NCBI GenBank assembly: GCA_030390025.1
Contig: CM059431.1
Span: 112,098,001 to 112,162,000 of the forward strand
Length of the DNA stretch: 64,000 nucleotides
Direction: 5' to 3'
Origin: Squalus acanthias
Lineage: Eukaryota
Shown here: positions 40,301 through 54,500 of the stretch, piece after piece
How the letters are laid out: the number at the start of each line of letters is the position of its first letter
Numbering within the stretch: the first letter of the stretch is position 1
Translations under genes and position numbers: made by a program
Notes under the pieces: generated by a model
The model's input: the letters and a program-made list of their open reading frames with translations, nothing else
Told to the model about the DNA's origin: nothing
The model's database searches: none

Positions 40301-43300
40301 TGGCCAGAACAACGGGGATAACTCCCCTGCTCTTCTTTGAAAAAGTGACATGGGATCTTTACGTCCACCCGAGAGAGCAGACGGGACCTTGGTTTAACGT
40401 CTCATCCGAGAGTCATCACCTCCGACAGTGCAGCACTCCCTCAGCACTGCACTGGGGGTGTCAGCCTAGATATTTGTGCTGATGTCTCTGGCGTGGGACT
40501 TTAACCCACAACCTTCTAACTCGGAGCCGAGGGTGCTACCCACTGAGCCACGGCTGACACTATGATGTACCATTTTAGCCACATTCTGTTGTACAAAAAC
40601 GGTTGGCTTGTTTGAGATGGAGTCTATCCTCTTCTTTCTCTTCCTTCCCCGCTCTCTCTTTCTCTCCCCCCCCCCCCCCATCTATATGATTGTGACTCGA
40701 ACAGTACTTCGCAAGACGTTGCACTGGTACAGGCACCGGTTTATTCCACGGCATTCACAGAGGTGAGGACTTTGGATTCGACCAAGTTCCTTGAGACAGT
40801 TGGAACCACACGAAGGGCAACAGCTTGTATTTAGATAGCGCCTTTTAAAGTAAGAAAACGTCCCAAGGCACTTCACAAGAGTGTCCTCAGGAAAAAAATT
40901 GACACTGTGCCAAAGAAGGAATTTTAGGAAGTGTGACTAAATGCTTGGTTGAGGAATTGGGTTTTAAGCAGAGTCGTAAAGGAGGAGAGCGAGGCTGAGG
41001 TTTAGGGAGGCATTTCCAGAGCTTAGGACCTAGACAGATGAAGGCATGGCTGCCAGTGGTGGGGTGAAGGGAGTGGGGGATGCACAAAAGGCTAGAGTGG
41101 AAGAACAAAGAGTTCTTGGAGGATTGTAAGCCTGGAGAAGGTTACAGAGATGTGGCGAGGCCATGGAGATTTGGGGGGCAAAAGTGGCAGCCGCCAAACT
41201 ACGTGGGGGAAAAAAACTTTTTTTTTGTGTTGCTGCTGAGGTCTGTGCATGGCCGTGCTCTGAAAGCACTTGCTCAGGCCCCTTCATGATTATTCCTTAA
41301 AGGCCACCCACTATTGACCATTGACTGCTGGATGCTGGACCCCAATTGGCAGCTCCTATTTCCAGTGTGGAGGGAGATGTGCTGGAGGATGTTTTCCCTC
41401 CATCTTCATTTCATTAATGCGCACCTGCCCAAATATGGGGGGGTACATTCTTCAGTACTGAACCCACCCTTCAGACAAGGGCGGGATGCAAGGATGTCTG
41501 TCCTAAATCCATCGGAAAAGTGCCAGGAATAAGTCAGAAAGCCTTGGTCTTGCTTCACAATCAAAGATTCCGCTGCTGAAACCCTCATCCATGCCTCTGT
41601 TACCTCTAGACTTGACTATTCCAATGCACTCCTGGCTGGCCTCCCACATTCCACCCTGTGTAAACTTGAGGTCATCCAAAACTTGGCTGCCCGTGTCCTA
41701 ACTCGCACCAAGTCCTGTTTATCCATCACCCCTGTGCTCGCTGACCTGCATTGGCTCCCGGTTAAGCAACGCCTCGCTTTCAAAATTCTCATCCTTGTTT
41801 TCAAATCCCTCCATGGCCTTGCCCCTCCCTTCAGCCACACAACCCCCCTGAGATATCTGCGCTCCTCTAATTCTGCCCTCTTGAGCATCCCTGATTATAA
41901 TCACTCAGCCATTGGTGGCTGTTCCTTCTGTTGCCTAGGCCCTAAGCTCTGGAATTCCCCGCCTAAACCTCTCCGCCTCTCTACCTCTCTTCCCTCCTTT
42001 AAGACGCCCTTAAAACCTACCTCTTTGACCAAGCTTTTGGTCACCTGCCCTAATTTCTCCTTATGTGGCTCGGTGTCAAAGTTTTTGTGTTTTAATACTC
42101 CTGAGAAGCGCCTTGGGACGTTTTACTACGTTAAAGGCGCTATATAAATAATTGTTGTTGTTGTATCTGTGGTTTACCTAACCTAACGTGAGTTAATTAC
42201 TACTGTTTAATTGCATAATGTTTCATTGATTGAGTTCTCAATGCCACCCCTACAGGGCAAAGAAGGCACAGCCCAGTAGTGGAGAGGGATATATCCTAAT
42301 CTTGCAAGATGCTAATTTTCTTGATTGGGGCTGTGATCCAGTTGTTTGTGCCCTCCACGTATTTGCATATGGTGATTGAATATCTTTCAAAAAAAATAAA
42401 GAGGACACTATTTGCAGCAAGTAATCTAACACACCCATCGTCTCTCTGGCACGGCTAGACTTCAGTGGTCACATAATATAGGGCTCATATGAAAATAATT
42501 GTGCTTTTGACCTCCACTTTGACTATATGCCCTTTTTGCCATGTCTTTGTGGCTAAAATATACTTGGATGAGTTACTGGAGGATCTGCCCACCATAGAGC
42601 CTTCTCCAACATGACTTCAAAAGGAGAGATGTGAGGATGCTGTTTATAGTGGTAGAGGGAGAAGGAGAATGAACTGGATACTTTTCTTGGGAGTAAGCAC
42701 TTAAAAATCTAATACTCCCTTCCCCCCCCTTCCATCCCACCCTCCTTCCCCGGCCCACTCTATATACATTTTAAGAAAGTTCGATTGAAGCACCTTTTGT
42801 CTCTCTTGGTAAGCTAAATATAATTTTAATTTTAATAGGAGCGCAAGATACTACAGGAAACAAACACTCCACAATTGCCTTCAAATGCAGTGGATGAGCC
42901 TGTTGAAGTCAAAAACCGGTACAGTTCTCGAAATTGGTCAACATCTTGGGGCGAACAGGACTCCGAGGAAGAATTGCAGGAACTGGGAGAGGAAGAGGAT
43001 TGGCACCAAAGAGAAGATGATGAGGCGAGGCAACGAGAGGAATTGTGGTTACAAGAAGAACGAGAACGTCAAGAAGCAGCAGCTCGCCTTGAGCAAGAGA
43101 GAAAACTGCAGGAAAAGAGAGAGCTTGAACGCCAAGAACAATGGCATCTCGAGCAAGAGAGACTTAAAGAAGAGAGAAGACAGAGACAACAGGCGGAAGA
43201 GAGAGCGCGGTTGGCAGAGACTGAAAGAGCTGAACAATTTCAACAGCAGTGGTAAGATTCTGAAGCCCGATCTAGTTTATTGAAGTAGTCTGCGGTACCA

Positions 43301-46300
43301 GATGTCTGCATCTCCACTCCCGATTGCTGTGATCTGTTAAATGCATTGCACTACGAAAATTGGAAACCATTTAGTGATTCGGTTATTAATTTTTAAGAGA
43401 AAATAGAAAAGTCCCCCAAATTAAAGCGATTAAATTTGTTTAAAAATGGCAGTAGCTACTAGAAAGATTGCATTCACCTGCAGTGTCTTCTTATCTATCT
43501 TTATACATTTAAATCTAGGTCACGTATGCATGAACATAATTGTTTTCTGATTGTGGTGCAGTACGTTGATGCTTCAGTGAACTGGACTAGCTGGTCCAAC
43601 AGTTTTAGATGATCTCGGCCATATTTCTGTTGTGTTTATGGGAGGGGGAAGAGGTGCTAGGTAAGTGGACGGTAGGTGCTTCACCACCGGGAAAGACGAT
43701 GACATCATAGAAACATAGAAGATAGGAGCAGGAGTAGGCCATTCGGCCCCTCGAGCCTGCTCCGCCATTCGATGAGATCATGGCTGATCATCCAAACTCA
43801 GTACCCTGTACCTGCCTTCTCCCCATATCCCTTGATACCTTTAGCTTTAAGAAATATATCTAACTCATTCTTGAATATATTTAATGACTTGGCCTCAACT
43901 ACCTTCTGTGGTAGAGAATTCCACAGGTTCACCACTCTCTGGGTGAAGAAATTCTTCCTCATTTCTGTCCTAAATGGCTTACCCGTTATCCTTAGATTAT
44001 GACCCCTGGTTCTGGACTCTCCGACCATCAGGAACATTCTTCCTGCATCTAGTTTGTCCAGACCTGTCAGAATTTTATATGTTTCGATGAGATCCCCTCT
44101 CATTCTTCTATACTCCAGCGAGTATAAGCCCAATCGACCCAATCTCTCCTCATATGTCATCGGAATATGGTGACAGGGGCAGAAAAATGTCAATATTCCA
44201 TTTGTTTTGTATGCCCACGAAATTGTTCAATTGCTCGTCGGCAATTGGGGTCATTCGGTTTTGTTGTGATCTGCTAGTCTATCCGGAATCTGTTTATAAG
44301 AAAATGACTGGTGTAGCTTCACATACTTTATATAATAACCAGCCTGCAATGCCATTATGATTATAGGGCCAAGTCAAAGTCAACCTCTGAACTTGATGAG
44401 ATGGTGTCTGCACCAAGACATGGTAAGTTTCTCCTCCTCGACTGTTTCAACTGGGGAGTAAAAACAGATTTGGATTTCCTTTCGCTAGCCACTTTAACCA
44501 GCCAGTGATTCAATCTTCAATGAATTGAGAATATCTTGGCTCCATTTATTCAGTAAGCATTGGTTGCATGTTCAGAATTTTGACTCTGAAACAGTAACAA
44601 TCAAGAGTGAAATATGGCTTTGCAGGTATTCAAAGTAGGTAGTTACAACAATCACAAGGGAACAATTATGCCTATGAATATCCCTTGACAACCTCTTAAA
44701 AGAAGTTGAATGAAATGCAACTTAAATTTAAAATATTCCAATTAATAAACACGAGCCTGTCGCAAATGTAATTACTGAAGAACCCAGTCAGCGCTCATTT
44801 GTTTGGGTACCAGACTCTGCTTCAGTTACAGATATGCTTGGGTAGTGCTAGCGTTATGCAGCCAAGAGCAAATAACTGTTGTTACAGTATATGTGGGGTG
44901 GATTATAGATGGGATTAGGCATTTAAAAAAAAATGTTCAAGCATTTCTTGGCCTTTGCCTTTAACTTTTTATTTGAACACACATTGAAAACATTATCCTT
45001 GCATGAGAGCTAATGGCGTGCTGTGTGCCTATTCAAACGTGCATTTAGGTGTAAATGTGAGACCAGTGGGTGGTGTGGCCCAGTGGCTGCTCGAAGAAGA
45101 CAAACTTCGCAGGAGTTCTGGGAAGACACGGGATGCAGCACGAGCTGAATTGGAAACTGAGAGGCTGAGAATCCTTAATCAGATGAAATATGCTGACCCA
45201 GAGAGAGGTGGGGAATATGCCCTCTGATCAGCAGCCAACCTTTACCATCATTTTTCTATCATTCCAATGATCAAACTAATCGGCTAATTTTCAGCTGCAC
45301 TTTAAACCGCTGCTTCCATTGTCAAGCTTTTTTTTTTAAGATGCACTGAGTTCTGCTTCAAAATGGAATTGTTTCTCAAATGAATCATCTTGTTGGCACG
45401 TTAATCACAGGCGTGTTCCCTTGATGTGCAAGGCACCTGCTGAATGCGCTGATGCAGTGCTGCGTTGATTCTTGGATGACCAATATTTTAACGCTAAACG
45501 TGCTATTTGTTCCTGGTAGTTGCTTGATCGCACTAACCATCGCAATCGTAATTTTCTTCCCCCAGTTCTGTTATAATCTACTAATGGAACAGGCCTTTCC
45601 AAATCAATTTTGAGTATGAGTGCTTATTTTGGGCTACGCTGATATTTGAAAATTAAATAATTTGTCCTGGAGAGTTGGTCGTTCTGCATGTTATGAATGC
45701 TCCACCGATTTTTTTAATTTGACGATGCACACGATTTATGCTGATAACGTAATTATGATGAAAGAATGTTCTGCCAATTCATACGCACAACAATGCAAAT
45801 GTATTTCAGCACTGCGATGATGAGCTTGGATTTGTTCATAACACTCCACGCAAATGGGGTTTGGTATTTGCAATTGCAGATGCCCCATCTTTAAATACAA
45901 ACAATCAGTTGGGATAATCCGAACTTTTCTAATACGGCCAATAGACCAATTGAAGCGCAGTGGCAAAACATTTGGGCTCTTAACGATTATCTGCCTTGGT
46001 CGATAGGTGATGTGAAGAGCAAAGTCGCAGACAGCGCGTGGATTAAGAGCGAGTCACAATCGAAAACCTCACAACAGAAAGAGCCACCACTCTCGCATGC
46101 TGAGCAGGAGCGACAGAAAATCCTGCAAGAGATGCGTAGAAAGACCCAGCTCCTGAACGACAATAGCTGGATCAGACAGCGCAGTGCCAGTGTTGCTGCT
46201 AAGAATGCACTCGGTAATTATGGATCAATGAGAAGGTATGAGCCACATCAAAGTAGCAGTAGTATTTCTTTTATTAATTCACGGGATATGGGCATCGCTG

Positions 46301-47433
46301 GCAAGGCTAGCATTTATTGCCCTTCCCTAATTGCCCTTGAGAAGGTGGTGGTGAGCCACCGCTGCAGTCCGGCTGGTGAAGATACTCCCACAGTGCTGTT
46401 GGGGAGGGAATTCCAGGATTTTGACCCAGCGATGATGAAGGGGCGGTGATATATTTCGAAGTCAGGATGGTGTGTGAGTTGGAGGGGAACCTGGAGGTGG
46501 TGGTGTTCCCATGAGCATGTACATCTAGGTGCTAGAGGTCGTGGGCTTGGGAGGTGCTGTCTAAGAAGCCTTGGTGAGTTGCTGCAGTGCATCTTGTAGA
46601 TGGTACACACTGCAGCCACGGTGCGCCGGTGGTGGAGGGAGGGAATGTTTAATGTGGTGGATGGGATGCCAATCAAGTGGGCTGCTTTGACCTGGATGAT
46701 GTCGAGCTTCTTGAGTGCTGTTGGAGCTACACTCATCCAGGCAAGTGGAGAGTATTCCATCATACTCGTGACCTGTGCCTTGTAGATGGTGGAAAGGCTT
46801 TGGGGAGTCAGGAGGTGAGTCACTCGCCACAGAATACCCAGCCTCTGACCTGCTTTTGTAGCCACAGTATTTATGTGGCTGGTCCAGTTATGTTTCTGGT
46901 CAATGGTGACCCCCAGGATGTTGATGGTGGGGGATTTGATGATGGTAATACCATTGAATGTCAAGAGGAGGTGGTTAGACTTGAAGATCGTGGGCTGGAT
47001 TTTCAATGACCCATGGAGTCGGGTTTGGAGGCGTGTGGGGGGTTAAATTTGCGGGGTGGGGGTTTCCGACTCCATCTCGCCTCCACGCAATTTTGACAAA
47101 ATCAGTCGCGGGGTTCCCGACTCTCTCCCGACTGCAAGAGGCGGGAGAGGCCATTAAAGCACTTAACAAGCCCTAAATTGGCTCTGTAATGCTATTTTGA
47201 AACGTTTTAGCTAGTTTAACCCTTTTCTGACGTGAAGCACGCCTGGTGTGAAACACTCCAGTGAAACCTGGCGGGAGCACAAGTGGATAGCTGACTATCG
47301 GCTGCAAGTCCACTATTACAACGGAGATGTGATGAAGGTAGTAGTATTAGGTGTAAAAGTCACCTCTGATACTGCTGCATTCAATGTCATGGCATTTGGT
47401 GTAAGAGGACTTGGATGCAAAAAAATTCTCTCT

Positions 47434-47468
<35 letters not shown>

Positions 47469-48480
47469 TCACATTCATGAATTCATTTGCATCCAGGACC
47501 ACTCACATCAGAAGCAATGCAGACAGGTCCTCTCTCACCAGTAGCCAGACAATCTCTGAGAGCAGGCAGGCAGCAATGATGACATCATCAGAGGCGGGTT
47601 TCAGACTGAAACCACTAATTAGTTCATGGGTTCCCACATGCTGCAACTCAATTGCCCAATTAAGTGAAAATTGCATCAGGCATCCACATTAATCTGGAGT
47701 CGGGGGGGAAACACGAAATGCGGATTACACGACCCCAAGACAAAATCCAGCCCCTTGTATCTCTGCACACTTCCTGTCTACAAAACCTTACTTCCTGTTG
47801 TAATATTTATTGTTACACTTATCAACTTTTCCCTTTATAAATTCCTGTGTCCATACTTCGAAGTGCCTATATAAATTTTCACACCGTAATCACACACTCC
47901 CAGTTATTGTGGCACTGTGGTGCCTCTGTTTTGTATCTTCCAGTTCCTTAGCCTGTACTGTGGATAAACACCTAGGGGGAGAAATTCAGTATCGCCCCAT
48001 TTGGGGCGCAATTATTGGCCAGGCGCAAAGATTAGCGCCTGGCGCTAATTATCGCCTCCGACTGCAAACTTGACTTTTATCGCCCCTGGAAATGATTGGA
48101 GTGCTAAATCAGGCGCTTCACACCTGTCTTAAGGCGCAAAGGCCGTGGAGCGAGGCGCTACCTCAGAGTGCTGGCGAAGCTCATGTGATGTCAGTCAGCA
48201 ATGGAACACACACACAATGGCGCCGGCCAGTTCTTAAAGGGGAGGGTTGATCTTGCTTTCCATCTACATCCTGCTCATTGCAGCCTTGAATCTTGGCCTG
48301 GAGAGACCTGTACATCAAATCTGCTGGAAAGAACAATGGAGAGAACCAGGGAAAGAGCTCAGAGTGCAGCCTCCACAGTCTCTTCTAAATCGATACAAGG
48401 AAGGGCAAATCAAAATGAACCTGCAAAGTGCTGCTCAGTACCCAAAACTCCTTCACACAGCGTTGAATCTCTCCAGAAGT

Positions 48481-48530
<50 letters not shown>

Positions 48531-51500
48531 GTGGTTCAAAGATGTCACCAACAAAAAAAGGCAGGAAGCGGTAGACTTTAAATAGCGCTCCCCCAGTCCC
48601 TTCCTGACTGCAAAACGCTCCCCTCAACCTGTCGTTGCTAGCGGCAGGCGGTAAGGCAGGGGACAGCACTCAATATCCGCTCCGGGGCGTTGCGCACTCG
48701 ACTGACGTCACGATCTGCCGGCGCAGGAGATCGTGGCGGTAGTGTTTAGCGCCGTCGCAAAATGTCTAGTTAATTTCGTGAGCGGCGCAAACATCGCCGC
48801 GCCCGGGCGCTAGTTGCTTTGCGCCCTCTTAAGGCGCCAACGGGAGGCGCAACCAACTGAATTTTTCCCCCCTAGGTTCCAACTACCTCTAATTGTCAAA
48901 CTGCACTAAATTTTGCTGCTTAACTATCAATTCAGAACATTTAAAAATAAGCAAAGAATGTATGGCTTTAAAATGGGGACTGAATTAAGTCTGTGCTCCC
49001 TGGTCCAATTATCCCTGCTCTCTAATTTGGTCATGACTCCCCGTGTGTGTGTGTGTCCCCTCTCTGCTCTTCTTTCTCTCCCTCTCGGCCTTTCACACTC
49101 TCCCTCTCTCCCTCCCTCTCAGCCTCTTCTCCCTCCCTCTCGGCCTCTTCTCCCTCCATGTGCAATGTCAAAGGACATTGACTAGTGTTTAGGGAAAAAA
49201 TAGAGTTGGTTTTGTTGAAATGTAATTTTGTCTTCAGACACCCACGATGAAAACATCACTAAGCCTTACATTTTTGGATTTTTATACTAGATATTTCTTT
49301 GGGTTCAGTGTCTATGGCCACTTCCATAAGCAGATATCACATTCCCTATAAACCAGAATGTGGCTTTACCTACCCAATGTCGATGTAAATGTCACGAGAC
49401 CTGTCGATCAAAGAACCCTGTCGCTGTGCTCTAACCTACTATGATATGTGTCACCACGTGATCCTCTTGCTTTAAGTAGGCGGAAGAATGTGTCAGACCA
49501 TGGATCAGGCTATAAACCATTAGACTCATTTATTGAACATTAAACAGGTGGAAGATTATTGAACCTACAAAAAATATAGATTTGACTATTCTTGGAATGA
49601 AAACAGCAAAGACATTTCCCCTGCACTAAATTTCAACATAAATCTCACTCTTGGAAACACAGCCAATTGCATCTGTCATGGCAGTTTACTATCATAGAGC
49701 CTTCTGGCTAATTCCATCAGTGCTGGCTTTGCACTATTTGCTGATTCCATGCAATACCACCCAAGAAATAGCTCCAGTGCCTTTGAAGATATCTTGGAAC
49801 AAATCACTTTAAAGCTTTATTTCTCATAACGGCATTTAGGTTGTCAAACCTTCACAGGATTCAATATCAAAACAGTGTTTACTCACAGAAATACAGCTGC
49901 CAAATGAACATGTACTATAAATAGTCCCACAGGATGCTTGTAATTGGATGGAATGGCTTAAACCATTGCATCCAAACACTTTGATCTGTGCGACAGAGCC
50001 CCAACCAAGAACTGTGGCAGCAATTAGCGATTGACAAATCGAGGATGGTAATTTAATTCAATGCATACTGTTTGCACCACAAGCCTGACAGAAATAAATT
50101 CAGGTGAACTCTTTTAGTGCAATAATGTCCTTAAAAAAAAAAAGTTTTTCTTTAAAGTACAAAACATTACACTATCAAATAGCAGGACGTTCTCTTGCTT
50201 CACTGCCAGAGTTTTGTTAGGATGCATAAAAATCATAGAATCATAGAATGGTTACAGCACAGAAGGAGGCCATTCGGCCCATTGAGCCCATGCCAGCTTT
50301 CTGCAAGAGCACTTCAGCTAGTCCCACTCCCCCGCCCTTTCCCCGTAGCCCTGTAAATGTTTTTCCTTCAGGTACTTATCCAATTCCCTTTTGAAAGCCA
50401 TGATTTAATCTGCCTCCACCTCGCTCTCAGGCAGTGCATTCCAGATCCTAACCACTCGCTGCGTAAAAAAGTTTTTCCTCATGTCGCCTTTGGTTCTTCC
50501 GCCAATCACCTTAAACCTGTGTCCTCTGGTTCTCGACCCTTCCACCAATGGAAACATGCTTTTGAACACCTCGATCAAATCTCCCCTCAACCTTCTCTGC
50601 TCTAAGGAGAACAACCCCAGCTTCTCCAGTCTATCCACGTAACTGAAGTCCCTCATCCCTGGAACCATTCTTGTAAATCTTTTCTGCACCCTCTGTAAGG
50701 CCTTCACATCCTTCTTAAAGTGCCGTGCCCAGAATTAGACACACTACTCCAGTTGAGACCAAACCAGTGTTTTATAAAGGTTCATCATAACCTCCTTGCT
50801 TTTGTACTCTATGGGCTGGATTTTACTCACCGAGACGCGTTGGGGGCGGGACTGCTGCCTTCCGGGTTCTAGTCCCGCCCCCAGCGACGTTTGACGAACA
50901 GACGCTATTTTGCCCTGATTGGCCTAGTTAAGCTGGCCAATTAAGGGAAAGCCGGTGTCAGATGACGTCAGTTGATGACGCTTCATCTGCCGGTTTTCTT
51001 AAAGGCATATGCACCACACTTGTTTGACATGATTTGACAGTGTTTGACAGCATTGAGGTGCTGTCGAACACTGACAATCACTGTCCAAAGGTGAGCCCTT
51101 TCACCCAGACTCTCCAATTACTCTCTCCTTGGGATAAAACAGATGGCAGCTGCAGCTGAGATTGCAGAAGCCATCTGTCACTTCTCCCGATGAGATGAGG
51201 CTACACAAACACTTCACAGCTCGTCACCTGCAGAAACAGCTAACCACATTAAAAATTACTTTCACAACAGGTCCTTACCTCTGATACTCACCAGTGTCCT
51301 TCACACCACTTCTGCAGCTGTCATCCAAATACCAACATAACAGACCCACAGCATGCCTCACTTACCCTGGCGGGGTTCCCCGACGTCGGGAAGCCCGCAG
51401 CAGCAGTCGAAAAATTGGAAAAAGCCTCTTAACTGCCTGTTAACAGGCAGTTAAGTGGCTATAATCCTCTTCCCGCCGCTAGGAGTCGGGTCCCTGCTCA

Positions 51501-54500
51501 AATCGGGGACCCGACTCCTGGGAAGATTGGTTGGAGGCGGGTTGGGAGCGGGTTTGGGACCCCGCCTCCTCAGGGCTGGATTTGGTAAAATCCAGCCCTT
51601 TGCCTCTATTTATGAAGCCCAGGATCTCGTATTCTTTTTTGACTGCTTTCTCAACCTGCCCTGACACCTTCAACGATTTGTGCACATATACCCCAGGTGT
51701 CTCTGTTCATTTAAAATTGTACCCTTTAGTTTATATTGCCTCTCCTTGTTCTTCCTACCAAAATGTATCACTTCGCACTTTTCTGCATTAAATTTCATCT
51801 GCCACGTGTCCGCCCATTCCACCGGCTTGTCTGTCCTCTTGAAGTCTATCACTATCCTTCTCACTGTTCACTATACTTCCAAGTTTTGTGTCGTCTGCAA
51901 ATTTTGAAATTGTGCCTTGTATACCCAAGTCCAAGTCATTAATATATATCAAGAAAAGCAGTGGTCCTGGTACCGACCCTGGGGGAACACCACTGTGTAC
52001 CTTCCTCAAGTCCAATAAACAACCGTTCACCACTACTCTCTGTTTCCTGTCACTTAGCCAATTTCGTATCCATGCTGCCACTGTCCCTTTTATTCTATGG
52101 GTTTTAACTTTGCTGGCAAGCCTATTATGTGTTACTTTATCAAACGCCTTTTGGAAGTCCATGTACACCACGTCAACCGCATTGCCCTCATCAACCCTCT
52201 GTTACCTCATCAAAAAACTCAATCAAGTTAGTTAAACACAATTTCCCTGTTTCTTAACCTATGGGATGGATGAGCAGGATTTAGAATTTAAAAAGATATG
52301 CAAGTAAAGCTCTTTCATCGAAGCAAAAAATAGCAAAAGTGTTTTTTGCCACATTTTATTTGTAGTAGATACAAAAATACTAAACAGTATTTTGATGGAG
52401 GCACCTCAGGTGCTGCATGCATATTGAATGTGATGGGAAGGGGAAGAGAGGAGAAGAGGGAGAGTGAGCGGGCTGACCAGTTGAGCACCTCGCAAGATTG
52501 GTGAAAGTCTGTAGATCTCTCGTCCTCCACGTCACCCAGGGGCACCTGAAATTTGGCATTTCTTTGCCTTCCTAAAGCTTATTGTGGGGTGGCTGTAATT
52601 ATGTTGATTACTGATTTTATGCTATTAATGTGGAACATGGAGGCTGATTTAGTCCCAAAGTACTCAAAATAAATAAATAAATAAATAACATTATGCGAAT
52701 CAGAAGCATTGAGTGAATTGTATTATGATCACTTCTGTTTCAGGGGCGAATCTTTGGATAACTTGGATTCCCCAAAGGCAAACACTTGGGGATCAACTTC
52801 CGAGCCAGTGTATTCCTCAGGAAAGGAACCAGCTCACTACCCGGTCTCCACTTCAAACCGATTCTACATACGCACTCCATCATCGACCTTACCACCTCAA
52901 TCCACTGGATCAGTGAGAACAGCATCATGGACCAAGAACCCTTCAGTTGCCCCAACTGCTCAGTCCCAGACAACTCAAGGCAACAGGTATGGCCCGGCAC
53001 CTCAGCAGTTGGATGAAAATGTTGTGCAGTGTATTAGTTGCGTGTGTATAATTCAATGTTTGTGCTTTTATACTCTGTGTAAATGCAAGAACTACTTCAT
53101 GGAAAATGCTCTTCACAATAGTTCACTGACTATTAGAATGTTTTCATGCACAGTTTTGCTAAACCGGTCGGGTATTCGTCCAAATTCACGTAATCATAAA
53201 TAGAAGAAACCTGTATCTGTAGACTTATCAATGTCACTATTGTCCCCTTGTTAGCTTGTTTAGTATTTCAAACTGTAATCCGAGACGTGAATGGGAATGC
53301 CAGCACTCTACATTCATTTCACCGGAGCAAAGCTTCCCCTCAAGTCACTGCAGGAATGCTGCCCAAAAAAATACCCACTTTTAACCAGTGATTTTCAAGA
53401 CATGTTAAGCGAGGGTGACTGAAACACTGCTAAATGTTATCTAAAAAGAAATCTCCAGCTATTTTGGTAGAATTGCTGAAATCAAACCCGATGGACACAC
53501 CTCTGAAATGCAGACATATCAGAAATGTTCAGGAGTCGAAATGAGATTTTCTAGTCCATCTGAAAATGCTCCAATGCCGCCCTGATTTCCGCACCCCCCA
53601 AAACTCTATGGGGGAGAAATTCGGTATCTCCCCCCCCCCCCCCCCCCCCCGTTTGGGGCGCTAAATTTTAAAAGTTGAAAAAATTAGCGCCAGGCGCTAA
53701 TGTTTGTCAAATCGTTTTTGCGCACCAGGAAGGAAGTGGAGTGTTAAATCAAGCTCTCCACTTCCTTCCTGGTGAGCAACAGGCAGTAGGCGGGGCGGTA
53801 GGTGAGCAGCTGCACAATGGGCCGAGCAGCGCTGCCGCGTTGGAAGGCTCCTTCCCTCCCTTAAAGGGAAAGGCCATCACTGCAGGCTCGGCAAGGAAAA
53901 AACTTACCTGGTCCCCAACGGCAGCCGTGATCCGGCCCGATCAGCCCGATGCACTGCAGCAGAGTGCAGGGTTGATCGATCGCTGGCGAAGAATTTTTTT
54001 TTTAAAAAAGAGAGCATTTCACAATTTTTCCCCCCCCCTTACCTCGGCCCCCGAACCGCCCGGCCTCCTGATGAACGCCTCCTGCAGCTGCCGGTGTTGT
54101 CGCCCGGCAATGCTGCAGGGGGCGGAACCGAAGTTCGGGTCCGGGGCGATGCGCACGGTGATAACGTCAAGATCTCCGGGCGAAGGAGATCGGAACGCAA
54201 CGCCACACCGCCGCCACAAACCTTCTGCCGAATATAACGGGAGTCGATCTTCTCGCTGCGCCCGATCGGTAAGTGATTAGCGCCCCGTTATTCCGCCCCC
54301 CCCCCCGAGGCGATAACGGGAGGCGCTAAGGTGCCCAATTTCTAGCCCCAAATCTTTAAACATATGTAAATGAGCATTCCAAGTCTTTTTTTGGGCTTCT
54401 TGTTCACGGTCAGATTTTCTTTGTGCAGGGTGTATGGTTGTTTTTTCTTGTAGTAAAGACTTTTTCTGTACAATTGTTTCTCATGTAATCTTGAGGCCAT

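Noticed and set aside
40480..40560. tRNA gene
   Set aside because: A and B boxes belong to a SINE head; no complete cloverleaf or terminator
53675..54280. 201-aa ORF and other GC-rich ORFs (6428-6854, 23444-23874, 27246-28480)
   Set aside because: Lie inside GC-rich MITEs; no recognisable domains
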